DNA of 64,000 bases from Piromyces finnis finn (Eukaryota; Fungi; Neocallimastigomycota). The stretch lies in assembly GCA_002104945.1 (NCBI GenBank), contig MCFH01000002.1, forward strand, positions 1,302,001 through 1,366,000, given 5' to 3'. The translations under genes and the position numbers were made by a program. Below, piece after piece: positions 13,303 through 26,041 of the stretch (its first letter is position 1; the number at the start of each line of letters is the position of its first letter). The notes beneath the pieces were generated by a model. The model was not told the origin of the DNA, did not search any database, and saw only the letters and a list, made by a program, of their open reading frames with translations.

Positions 13303-14555
13303 TTAGAATAATAATTAATTATAATTAATTATTATTTTCTCAATGAGTAAATATATATATAATAAGTTTATTTTGTCCATTACAATTTCCATATTAATAA
13401 TATTTGGTATAATGAAAATTACACCCGCTTATTTTTTTGTGTATTATATAATTTAAAAAATGTAATAAATAATTTATTTTAAAGTTTAATAATTATAATT
13501 TATTAATACAAAAAAAAAAAAAATAATATTTGATAGGAATATTGTCTTTTTCTTCTTTACTTAAACCTAAAAAAAAAAAATGAAAAATGGAATGCTGGAA
13601 TAATTGTACAACGTTACAATATTACGGTAAAATTAAATTCCTTTTTTTTTTAAAAAAAGTCTTTTAAATTATTTTGCTAAGAAATAAATATATATCAACC
13701 AATAGTATTGCAGATATGTATTATTGGTAACAAAGTATATTCATTTATCATAATACTAAGCATTCTTGTGCTATTTCTTTTATTATATAAAATATAATAA
13801 TAATGTCCCATATATATTAGTCAAAATTAAAAAAAATTTTTTTAATAAATTATAGTGGATTCTTTATGTTGATGTATTTTTTTTTTATTTCTTTTTTTTA
13901 TATTAATACTCTATATATAATTTTTATGAATAATAATGATAACAACAACAATGATATAATAATTCAATAAACTACTAAACGCTTCTTAATAAAATATTTA
14001 TTTATATACTAGATAATCTAGAAAATATAAATATATATATATTCCACATTCTTTTCTTATTCATAACATATATATTATATATTTCCATTTAACAATAGTA
14101 AATTAAATGATATATTAAAATTTTTAATTAATTTAGTGTGTTTTATGTGGTATTTAATTAAAAGTAAAATAAAAAATTATATATTAAACTTTTACTATTT
14201 AAAAAAGCATGATTATTATTTGCATATTTAAATCAATATAAAAATAGCTGTAGAAGACTTTTATTAAACTATTTCAAAAAAAAAAATAAAATAAAATAAA
14301 AATAAAAAATAAAAAATAAAATTAATAAAAAAAGAATAAAATATCTTATTCTAATATATGAATAATAATTAAAAAAAAAAAAAAAAAAAGGGAAATTTTT
14401 CTTAAAATTAAAAAAAATAAAAGTACCTTTTAAATTATTCATATCAATATAGATAGGTTTTTCAATAAATAAAACAAAAGAACAAGAAATAAAAAATAAT
14501 AAAGTATTAAATATTAAAATAAAAATAATAATAAAATTAAAAAATTAAAAAAAAT

Positions 14556-15835
14556 ATGTCAGCACCACCACCAGTAGGTCAAGGTCCAGACCAACAAAAT
14601 TTATTTGCACAACCTGGAAGTGCAGTTGATTTAGAAAATTATTCAAAAAAAATGTTTTTTTCAAGATTACTTATGTTATTCAAGGATAGTTTATTTTATG
14701 GAGGTCTTATTCAATTCATTTTAATTACCTATTTGTATTATAGAGTTGGTAAAGGAAGAACTTGGAATATATTTTTTTACTCTGCTCTTTCATTATTCCT
14801 TGCAAAAGTCATTGAAAATATACTATCAGTATTAACTATGTTTAAAGAAACTAATAAAGTTGCTTTTGCTTGTTTTATTCCCTTAGAAGTATTGTTCATA
14901 ATACCAGGGTAAGTTTCAAAAGAATCAAAAAAAAAAAAAAGAGTAATATAGTAATCAAATTTATTTCATTTAAAGTATCAAACATATCAATAACTTTTCT
15001 TATATTAAATTATAAAAATATTAATTCTTATAGATACTCTATCACATTAATAAATTATATAAAATTAGAATCCGTTTGTAATGGAAGTTATATCAAAAAA
15101 ATAAAAATGCTATTATATATAATATTTCCAATCTATGGTACTTTAAGAATTTTAATCGGATACTTTAAGTTTTCTGAACTAAATGTTAATCCTGATAAAA
15201 TAACAAATATTAAAGGTTCTAGTAGTTCAGTCGTTACCGGGTTCGGAATTTTCTTTTCAATTTTAATTATCTATGAATTAAAAAAAAAACTTGATATTGA
15301 GCGCCAACAAAAAAACCATTTTAGAAAAACTTCATTTTTCAGTTATATTAGAAAATCGAATTATGCTGTCTTACTTATACTTAATTTTATTGGTTTTTGT
15401 TTATCCCTTATGTCGTATTCTTATATTGATAAAGAATACCTGGATTATATTACACCTATACAGTGTATTCAAGATAATTTTATTATTATTTTAGCAATAG
15501 ATACTTTGATATTTAAAGTGGATTGCTTCAAACTTATAAGTAATGGAAAATCAGTTGAAAAGAGTTCTTTCAGTTCAAGTAATAATGCCATAAGTTACAA
15601 TTTATCTTCCAATAAAAATTTTAATAACAATTTTAACAGTAGCGGTATGTTATCAAATAATTATTCTTCTAACAATAACAAACCTATTAAGGTTGAGAGT
15701 ATGTATGACTATACGAAACCATTATTTAGTAAAGGTAGTATTATACCAACACCCAAGCATTTCATAAATGATACTGGAAAACAAAATAATAACCTTAATA
15801 ATACAAAGTCCAATTATTCAGCAATGGAATATTAA
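14556..15835 (+). CDS. Orphan ~7-TM membrane protein, paralog A (exons 14556-14908, 15034-15835)
   Basis: About seven hydrophobic segments, a Pro-rich N-terminus and an S/N-rich tail. A GT-AG intron (14909-15033) joins the two ORFs. It aligns by eye with the 24556 gene (YIRKSNYAVL, KVDCFK). Confidence 0.8.
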
Positions 15836-18558
15836 ATTTAAGTACATAAAAAAGTGTATAAAAAAGTTGTTATATATTAAAAAAATAACAACTTTATATA
15901 ATAATTGTAAAAAATACAAATCAAAATATCTTTTCTTTAATTTAAATACCATCAATAAGTATTAATAATTATTATTAAATTACACCACTTTTAATTGTAT
16001 AATTACTTTGTGCTTTTTTATAAATTATATACATTTTAATGAAATATAAAAAAAAAACTAATTATTTAATAAAACAATAAATTAATAAAAATTAAAATAG
16101 AAAAAATAAAAAATAAAATAAAAAAAAAAAAACTATAATGATAAAGCAAAGTTTTTTTTATAATAATAAAAAAAAGTAAACTTTAAAAAATATCACCTAA
16201 AAATTTTTTTTACATTATATAACTTTATATATATAAAATAAAAAATACATTTGGAGTCAGTATGTCAGAATAGCATTTAATTTTATTTTATATGAATAAT
16301 AAATAAATTTATCTTTTATATTTATTAATGAATACTTTACATTTTTATATTTTTATATTAATTATTTGTATAGTTATTTTCCCTTAATCATTTTTTATAT
16401 ATTCATTTTAAAAAAAAAGGGTTAAACATCCAATAAAAAATTCATAGTTACAATATAATTATAATGCAATTATGAATGACTCTATTCACAAAAATATTGG
16501 ACACTTTTAAATGTCAAATTTATTAAAATTTTCATTGGTTGTATATAGGTATTATTCACCATTATATTACTACACACATGAAGGTTTAAATCTATTAAAC
16601 ATTAATATCAATAACCAATAATAGTAAGAATAATCAACCTTTATATAGATATGAATTTAAAATGATAGAATTGATAAAATGATTAAATGAATATTCATAA
16701 TGAATTATTCATTCAACAAAAACATAAAGTGATCTTCAAAGTATATAACTTGAATGAATGAAATACACTCTTTTATAGCCGTTTTATTAAATAATAATAA
16801 ATAATTCTATTTATTTTAGTTCAAAATAAACAATCAATTTAAGTATCATCATTTATTTAAAAATAATAATGAAAATCTTAATTCTATTTAAATTATAATG
16901 ATTCCTACAGTATTTGTATAATACAGTAATAAAAGTGGGAAAGAAATGTTTGATAAAAAAAAGATTTTAGGCAATGAAGTTTTAATTTCATTCAAACAAT
17001 AAGAATTAAGGTTTATCTCTTTATAAACTTTAATATTTATTTTTTTTTTATTTTTTATGAAATAAAAATCCATCATCCAATGAAATATTAAACAAAATTT
17101 GTTTTTAATCTTTATTAATTTTTACTAATTTTCTTATTTTCCCAAATACTATTAGAACAATAATAAGATTTAACCAAAAATTTTGCTATTATTTTCTATA
17201 ATACTAAAAAAAAATAGAGACCTTTTTTTTTTTTATTTACGATTCTTTGAAAAAAAGGAAAGGAAAATAGATTAGATAAAATATGAATAGTATTAAATAA
17301 AATAAGAAAAAAATTAAATTTATATAAAATTGTTATATACATGTAACTAGAATTTGAATATTTATATTTTAAATTATATATAAATAATTATGTTTATGCA
17401 CAATATTATTTAAAGACTATCTATTTTTAAAGAATGCTTTTATATTATCAAAATTAATTAAAATATAGAATTAAAAAAGTATATTAAAATATTTAATATT
17501 TTATTTTCATAGTAATTTAGTTTATATAATTAACCTTTCCTTTTAAATTATGTATTTAAGCGTCTAAATAACAAATTATTTTATTGACATAATTAATAAT
17601 TAATATAAAATCATTAAGATTCATTGAACTTTTTTTTTAAGTTATTAATTACTATTTAACTAGATATATTAAATAATAATAATAATAAAACAAAAATAAA
17701 ATAAGTTATAAAGTAAAATTGAACTTTAATATCTTTTATGGTTTCTTTTTCTATAAATATAAAATAATTCTGTTGATAATTCAAATATGATAGTAAAAAC
17801 AAGGTTTTTTTTTTTATAATTACGTAGAATTATTGTATCTCTCTTTTCTTATATTAATAAATATATATTCTATTAAATTGTTAATTATTTAGACTGTTAT
17901 AGTAAATAAAGTTTTAAGTTTTAAATATCATTGACCCTCTTTCATATCACTTTTTTATTTTCAATTGACTAGTACTTCAATGTTTTTTTTTTATATATCA
18001 TCTTTATATTCTCTTATTCTTTTTATCTTTATAATAAAAGTATTATAATTATTTCTTTTTTTTTTTTTTTTATCTTTCTGTATTTAACATTTTTTAAAGA
18101 ACAGATAATGTTTTATTTTGTTTCATAATACAAAAAAAAAGTCAAACTTAATATAATAATAAATTGTAAGATAAGCACGTAACTTGTAAATACAAAAATA
18201 TATGAAATTAATGTAGTAGTAATTAGATAATACTTTAGTATATATATATATATATATAAAAAGAAACTTAAATAATTAGATAAGCATATTTCTTTTAATA
18301 ATTCATATATTATACATTAAATATTATATATCATAATGGTAAGCATTAATAATACTTTAAACTAGTATAAATAGAAGAAAAATTACAAAAGAGTTTAACA
18401 AATTCATAATTAATTTAATTTAATAAATAATTAAATTATTTTTTAAGGAACAAATTTCTTAAATAAGAACAATTTGTCTTAACCTCCAATATATATGAAT
18501 ACAAAAATTTAATTTATTTTGTTGATTAAATAAATGATATAACAAATTAGAAATTTTT

Positions 18559-18775
18559 TATTAAGAGTTGTTTAATTTAGGTTTATAATTATGTCAACTT
18601 TATTAATATATTTTATGATAAAGAACTACTTGCGTTACATTCTTCTCAAACTACATGTATTTATACATTTACATTGTGGCTTAAACATATAATTAAATAC
18701 AATATATACAAATACGTTTTAATACATTTCAATACATTTGAATACATGTGACATAACGTTTCACATATTCTAACA
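18559..18775 (-). repeat. 3' LTR (217 bp), TGTTAG...CTCTTAATA on the element strand
   Basis: Near-identical to 20883-21096 and preceded by the PPT on the element strand. Confidence 0.9.
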
Positions 18776-18787
18776 TTCCCCCTCAAA
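18776..18787 (-). promoter_or_regulatory. Polypurine tract (TTTGAGGGGGAA)
   Basis: Purine run directly adjacent to the TG start of the 3' LTR. Confidence 0.85.
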
Positions 18788-19146
18788 CCTAATTTTCTAC
18801 TAAGTAAAATTTGGTTTGCTGGTGAATATGTGCATTTTATTATTTCTAAACTATTAACTATAAACTAAATCTAATGTTTAAAATTTTTATATTTCATTAA
18901 CTGGAATTTAAAATATTTCACAAATATTATTCACTAATTGCTTTAAAGAATTTAAATATTACCCTATAACTTCGTTTTTATGGATAAACTGAAAACCTTT
19001 GTATAATTGGGTAGTATTAAAGTTTAAAATTTGGATTGGATATTCATAAATTGTTATACCATCCATTAAGGATTGAAAACCCTTCCGGTTTTACATTATC
19101 CTATAAACTATATTGGTAATCTCTCTGAGATTTACACAGAATTATA

Positions 19147-19380
19147 GACAACACATGGTTTATCTCTTTGATTTTACGTCCTTATGACAACGCATGGTTT
19201 ACCTCTTTGGTTTTACGTTTTCTTAACAACTCATGGTTAACCTTTGATTTTACGTCCTTATGACAACACATATGGATAACTCTTTTTGGTTTTACGTTCT
19301 CTTAACAACCTATGGTTAATCTTCTTGGTTTTACGTTCTTCGGACAACCTATGGATAACTCTCTGGTTTTATGTCCTTAT
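19147..19380. repeat. Six imperfect ~39-bp tandem units inside the Copia element
   Basis: Units such as GACAACACATGGTTTATCTCTTTGATTTTACGTCCTTAT, 37-42 bp long. Confidence 0.9.
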
Positions 19381-20868
19381 AATTACAATTTTCTTTAGAA
19401 TATTAGCATAATTGTATTTCAATCTATTTGTAAATACTAATTAATAATGGTAAAATTTTAATTAAATTCTTAATAGTTATTTAGTTTATGTATATTGAAT
19501 TTTAACATTTTCTTTTAGGTGTTTTTCCTTCCTTTTATGCCTTTTGTATTGATTAATTATTCTTATAATATTTAAGAATATTTTACTTTGTATTTGAAAT
19601 TTTGTTCTTTTCATTTTTACATATTGAATATTGAATCTTATAAATTTTTACAATTTGAATTTCAATTCATTCTATTTATTAAGCCTTAGTTTCTATGCAA
19701 TGTTTTAGTTATTTCCAATGTTTAACTAGAAACAAAAATTATTATCTTGAATTTTAAATTTCGTATATTCACTACTTCCCCCTCAAATCTAGATGTTTAG
19801 TAATAAATATTTAGATTTGAAAATGAGAAATTTAAATTTCATAAAATTTCATTCATTTTGCATCAAATTTTCATAATAATGAATAATTTTCCATAACATA
19901 TACGATAAGTATTAATACCTATATAAATAATAAATAACATATTCTAATGTTTTCATTCATTTTTCTCAATTGCTTATCCTTTAAAATATAGTGAAATAAT
20001 ATTTTCATGATAATATATTTTAATGTAGTGATAATCATAGAATATCAAACTAATGAATAAAATATTCCTCAATTATGTATTTCTTTACTTCAAATTAAAA
20101 TAAGTAGATATACCAGTAAAATTATAACAAGTTAATATTGTAAGATAATGACATTTAAAATATCGATTGTTGAAGAGAATAAAGTTCTTCTAAATTATAT
20201 CGAAGGAACTTATTTATTCAAATTTCACATATTATATTCTTAATATTAATACTACTATATCATATCTTCTTGAGAATAGAAGTTTTGTTACTATTGATAT
20301 TATGTCTATATTCAAGGAATATTAAATTTACTGAAAGCTTTTTGTAGTTTACTATTGACGATTTGTTTTAAGCTACAAAGTTATCAAATCAATATAGTGA
20401 TATAGGTATTGTTCCTTGGGGGTTTAAGCTATTTATTTATATTTAATTTGATTTGTATATTTTTTGAGTTTATTGAATTCAAAATAATTTAAATTTTAAT
20501 AATTTACTAGTTTTTCGGAAATTTAATGTTTGAATTCTATCATTGTAGATTAACTTATATCATATTAGAAAATATACTACTTTCTATGTTTTATTTATCA
20601 GATTGATTATTTCCTTATTTTCTATATTAAGTTACTTCGAATCTTTTATTTATGGCGAAAATAATATTTCAATCTTAAAATTTTGAAATCTCAAATTTTA
20701 GATCTCAAGATAATTTTATCAAACATAGAAAATTTCAGATTAAATAATTTAGTTCTGATAGTTAGAATTTCCTACAGTTTTCTCCTATGACAAAATGTCA
20801 TATCCGGCGGTTTGATTCATCTTTCAGAGAATCATTTGAGAATTAATGAGATTCTCTCTTGAGAGTCT

Positions 20869-20882
20869 TGAGACTCTTAATC
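20869..20882 (-). promoter_or_regulatory. Primer-binding site complementary to the anticodon arm of tRNA-Lys(CUU)
   Basis: GATTAAGAGTCTCA follows the 5' LTR directly. Its reverse complement TGAGACTCTTAATC matches tRNA-Lys(CTT) positions ~27-40 as I recall them from eukaryotic sequences. Confidence 0.75.
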
Positions 20883-21096
20883 TATTAAGAGTTGTTTAAT
20901 TTAGGTTTATAATTATGACTTTATTAATATATTTTATGATAAAGAACTACTTGCGTTACATTCTTCTCAAACTACATGTATTTATACATTTACATTGTGG
21001 CTTAAATATATAATTAAATACAATATATACAAATACGTTTTAATACATTTCAATACATTTGAATACATGTGACATAACGTTTCACATATTCTAACA
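20883..21096 (-). repeat. 5' LTR (214 bp)
   Basis: Near-identical to 18559-18775 and followed by the PBS on the element strand. Confidence 0.9.
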
Positions 21097-24000
21097 TTTT
21101 TTACTTGTTACCATTTACCTGAATAATTTTTTAAGGTAGTACAAAAAAGCAAGATAAAAAAAATAAATTTATTTTTAATTTACTATAAATCAATTATTGA
21201 CGGTACATTTTTATTATTATTATTTTAAAATTGTAAATGTAATAAAAAAAACCATTTAGGATTTGAAATATTTTAACTTTAAAAGTTAAAAATTGAATAT
21301 AAATTTAATAATTATGAAGGTGATAATGAATATTATCATATTTATTATTCATTTAAATTAATAACTATTTTATAACTAATTATAATAACTATTATGAAAA
21401 TAGATTATTTTATTATTGTAACCTATTTTTTATCATTTCTTTACATAACTGAGATAATGAAAAAAACTTTTTTTTTAATTTTATAGGAGTAACAAAAAAT
21501 TATTTTTAATTTCTTCTTTATACTATTTCTTCAGTGAAAAAATTCTAATTTGTTCAATACTAGGCATACTTTTAAAGTATTTAATTATGTAAAGTGTTAC
21601 TGTTTAAATGATTTTCATTAGTTAGTATTCATGTAAAATATATATTTATAAGTTAAAGCTAATTCATTATAATTTTTCTTTACTTTTGTTCTATCCATTA
21701 CAAATAAAGAGATAGCCATTATACTAAAATGTTATTCAATTATTAATAGCCGTAAGTACACATTTCTATTAATATTTATTTCAATATCATAATTAAATTT
21801 TCTATATTAAATATATTTTTTTTCATAAATAATTTTTCCTCTTCACAAATTATTATAAATGGAAATTATTATAATTAATAATAAATACAGTAACCAATAA
21901 TTATAAAGGATACCTGTGATACAAAAAAATATCATTCAAATTATTTATTTATTAAATATTTAAAAATATAATGTAATATATTATAACATACATTTTTTAT
22001 TTAATAAATAATTAATTTAATTTGTGAATTTATGTATTAAAATCAAAAATTATTTGTTTATTTATTTATTAAATATTTTTTTAAAAATTACATATTTAAA
22101 TTAAATAGAATAATTTTTCAAACATGATTGTCTACTTAATAAGTTTTAAAATTTATTAATAAACAATTTAAATTAAAATAAAAAAAAAGATGATCCTTCT
22201 TTCCAAGCCTACAAATATTTTTGGTTATGTGGTAATGTCTAGATTCAAGAAATTTTTTTATTGGTCTTTCTTTTGATGTAGTGGGATAAAGTTGATACTA
22301 TATTCTATTACTAAATAGATGTTAAATAAAGAACTGTAAAATTATTTTTTATGACGGTTTAAATGCTCATTGTCCAATTGGATAATCAATAGACTCTAGT
22401 TTTATTTAGAGATATTTTACTAAAGTGGTTATATATCAGGTGATGTAGTCACATGATATAATTTAAATGACTAAATAGTGGGGAATTTTCATAAAAACAT
22501 TTTCTATTAACTTTAATGAATTTGTAACATTTTTTAAAAAAAAAAATACAGTTCTTTTTTTTTATATATATCTAAAGGTTCTGGAACTTTTTTTTTTTTT
22601 TTTTTTTTGTAAAACAACCTTAAATTAAATATTAATTATTTACGGTAGAATTATAAGAAGATAGAATGATACTATTATTGTTGAAATTGGAATACAATTA
22701 CAATAGCAAATGATATTAACAAAAATAGAAATGCTTCTATTTAATTATGACATATAATATTATATAATTAATTTCAATTTAATTATTCATTATCAATAGG
22801 TCAACTTCTATTTTTTTTCATATATACTTTATTTCATTAATTGTTTTCTTTTTTATTTTTAAATTCTAAATTACCATGCTATCTAATTAATTTATTTTTG
22901 AATTAAATATTAATAGTCATAATTAATAATATATAAAATATGAATTTACCTTTTCATGGCATGCCATTTATAGATGATTATCTTCTTTTGGAATGTTTTT
23001 TGTAGGAAGTGAATAAATGGTGAAAATTTTAATTTATAAAAGAAAAAAATTTTTTTCAAGGATATTAATTAATAAAATTTATATTATTTTATTTTACATC
23101 AGTTTACTTTTTTGGTAAAAATAAATTAAAATATAGATTTTTCTTTATAAAATAAATAAATAATGATTTGATAATTTACTCATGTATCAAACATATATAT
23201 TAAAATAATAAAAAATAAATTATTAATGTGTAAAAGAATATATTAAATATTATATAACAAAATATATTATTCAATTATCACAATCTAATAAAGTTTTTTA
23301 AAAAATTTAAATTAGTCAAAAACACTAATTATTATTATTTTGAATAATTAAAGTTCTTACACATATTATTGTGAAGCTTATTAAATAATATTCTATGAGA
23401 TTTCTGTAACTCTCTCAAAATTCTATTTATAATATAGTAAAAAAAATTTTTTTTATTTACTATCGATGATAATCATGGAGTTATTAAATGGAAATTTATC
23501 AACAAATCATATTGAAAAAGAAGTAAAAATAATAATGAGAAGGAAAAAAAGATATTATTCTTCTAATGTATATTTAATACAAAGAAATAAAAATGGACTG
23601 TGCCTTTATATAATTTTGACTTCAATTTATATAAGCGATTGATATTTATTTACTGTCACTATCCTTTTTTTTAATAATTATAAAAAAATTCATAAAGAAT
23701 TATTATTAATTTTATTATTTATAAAATGTTCAAAATATAATAAATAAGCTTTATATTTAATAAACTTTGTGTATTATACTTTTAAAACACTTAAATTTTA
23801 CATTATTTGTCTCCCTATCAAATCTATTCAAATGAAGTTTTTAAAGGATTATACAACTATATTTTAATATATTTTAATATATAAATAATGTCCTTAAAAT
23901 ATATTGGATTAAAAAACAAATTTAAAATTGATGTATACAAATTTATTAAAATTAGAATACTTAACATGTAGTATCTATTTAATTCATAAAAGTTATTTTA

Positions 24001-24555
24001 CTCGTTTGTGTAACATATATTTTATTATAAAGAAAAATACAAAAAACTTTAATTAAAAAGATAGTATATTAATCTTTTGAATAATAAACAATATATATAT
24101 ATAGGAAAAATAAATAAAAACAATATAAAAGAACTTTTTTTATATTTTTTTTTTTTTTTTTAAAAATTTGTTTGTATTTATTGTGTATAGAATAAAAAAT
24201 AAAAAAAAACAATAGCATAATAATAATAATAAAATAATAATAATAATTAGAATATAAATAGTATTTTTAAATATAGAATTTAAAGGTTTTTTTTTTTAGT
24301 AATTAGAAAAAACATCTTATTTTTATTCGTTTATATTATGGATAAAAATATTTGAAATCTATTTATAATTTAAAAATAATATTAATATATAAATTAATTA
24401 AATAATAAAACAATAGAAGAAGAAAAAAAGTAAAATAAAAAAAAAAATAAAACAAAAATAAAGTTAAAATCATTTAATTCTTAAAAAAAAAAGTTAAGTA
24501 TTACAAAAATCAATTAAATATATAAAAAAAATAACATAAAATAATTTATTTGAAA

Positions 24556-26041
24556 ATGGATCAAGGACCACCAGGAGGACCAGGAGGACCAGGCGGACCA
24601 GGAGGACCGGGAGGACCAGGAGGACCAATGATGGGTCCACCAGGTGCACCACCAGGTGGTTTTAGACCTGGAGAACCACCAACAACTCCATTTGATTTTA
24701 AGGCATATAGTGGAAGTGTAATCATGGGATTTAAGGATTGCTTATTTTATGCACCTTTAATTCAAATTATTTTAATTGTTTATATGTATTTAAGAGTAGG
24801 AAAAGGCAAAATGTGGCATATTTTCTTTTATGGAGGTATTTCATTATTTATTGGTCAAGTTATAGAACATATGTTAATGCCTTTAACAATGTATAAAGAT
24901 ACCTATAAAATTGCTTTTCTTTTGTATATTCCATTAGAAATATTTTATATTATTGCTGAGTATGCTATTTTTTTTTTTCATATATCAAAAAATATATTTA
25001 TTATAATAAATATATATATAAATAATTTATTTAATATATATATTTAAATTTCACTATAGATATATAATATTAAAAATATTTTTTTAATATACATTTTAAT
25101 TGATTAGATATTGTATTCCATTTATCAATTATTTAAAACTTAAGGCTATCACCAGAACTAATTATATTAGTAAAATAAAAATGTTATTACTTATTGCTTT
25201 TCCATTTTATGCTACTACAAGAATGTTAATGGGATATTATAGATATAAAACAAAAGAAGTTAATCCAGATATTGTTAGAAATTACAAGGGTGTAAGTTCA
25301 TCAATTGTTGGTGTAATTGATTTATTTATTTCTATTCTTATTATTTTTGAATTAAAACAAAATCTTGGAATGGAACGTATGCAACATAAATATCTAAGAA
25401 AAACATCAGTATACAGTTATATTAGAAAGTCAAATTATGCTGTTCTTATTTTAATCGATTTTGTTAATTTCTGTTTATCTTTCTTATCATATTCATATAT
25501 CACACCAGAATATATGGATATTGTCATGCCTTTCCAAACAATAAAGGATAACTTTTTGTTAATTCTAGCTGTTGATGCAATTATATTTAAGGTTGATTGC
25601 TTTAAGATGTTAAGTAGTGGAAAGACTGTTAATCAAAATGGAAAAACTTCTTACACTACTAGTTATACTGGTGCAACCAGTTATGTTGGTAATACTACAA
25701 ATGGTAGCTTAAATAATTTCACTGGTAGTTATGGTGTTTTATCAAATTATACTAATTCAAGTAACACATATACTCATGGTGGTGGTGTTTTAGCATCATC
25801 TCAACCATTATTTAGTAGTAATACTAAAGCTGTTGCTGATATTGGTAAACCTGGTTTTGGTTCTTTCCATGCAGCTAATGCTCTTAGTCATTTAGAAAAC
25901 GAAGAATATACTTATGAAGGAAAACCAAAATCAAACTATTCTGTAAATTTTTATGATAGTGATGAAAGACAATATGCCAGTGATACATACTTAGATAGTA
26001 AATCTTCCTCTGTACCATTAAATCATCAATTCAATAAGTAA
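24556..26041 (+). CDS. Orphan ~7-TM membrane protein, paralog B (exons 24556-24959, 25108-26041), with a (GPG)n N-terminus
   Basis: Same architecture and the same phase-2 intron position as the 14556 gene. N-terminus MDQGPPGGPGGPGGPGGPGG. Confidence 0.82.

Larger units (their letters stand above)
18559..21096 (-). mobile_element. Internally deleted and decayed Ty1/Copia LTR retrotransposon (~2.5 kb)
   Basis: Direct repeats at 18559-18775 and 20883-21096 differ by 1 substitution and a 3-bp indel. TTTTT flanks both sides. PPT TTTGAGGGGGAA abuts the 3' LTR and overlaps an LSRKLGLRG pol-like C-terminus, as is typical for Copia. No intact ORF. Confidence 0.88.

Noticed and set aside
19147-19380. 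CRISPR-like array of ~39-bp units
   Set aside because: These are degenerate head-to-tail units without spacers, lying inside an LTR element.
20869-20883. tRNA-Lys gene
   Set aside because: Only ~15 nt of the anticodon arm match. There is no acceptor, D or T arm, and the position fits a PBS.
20825-20891. Tf1-type self-priming as the main mechanism
   Set aside because: The complement of the PBS is the adjacent LTR end, not an evident transcript 5' end, and the tRNA-Lys half explains more bases (14 versus 8). Not fully excluded.
22180-23640. Possible transposase relics at ~22180-22500 and ~23450-23640
   Set aside because: Complexity is slightly higher than the flanks, but no diagnostic motif or terminal repeat could be read.
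14556-26041. Calling the 7TM pair PalH/Rim21
   Set aside because: No recognisable PalH motifs. The link rests only on topology and proximity to pacC.
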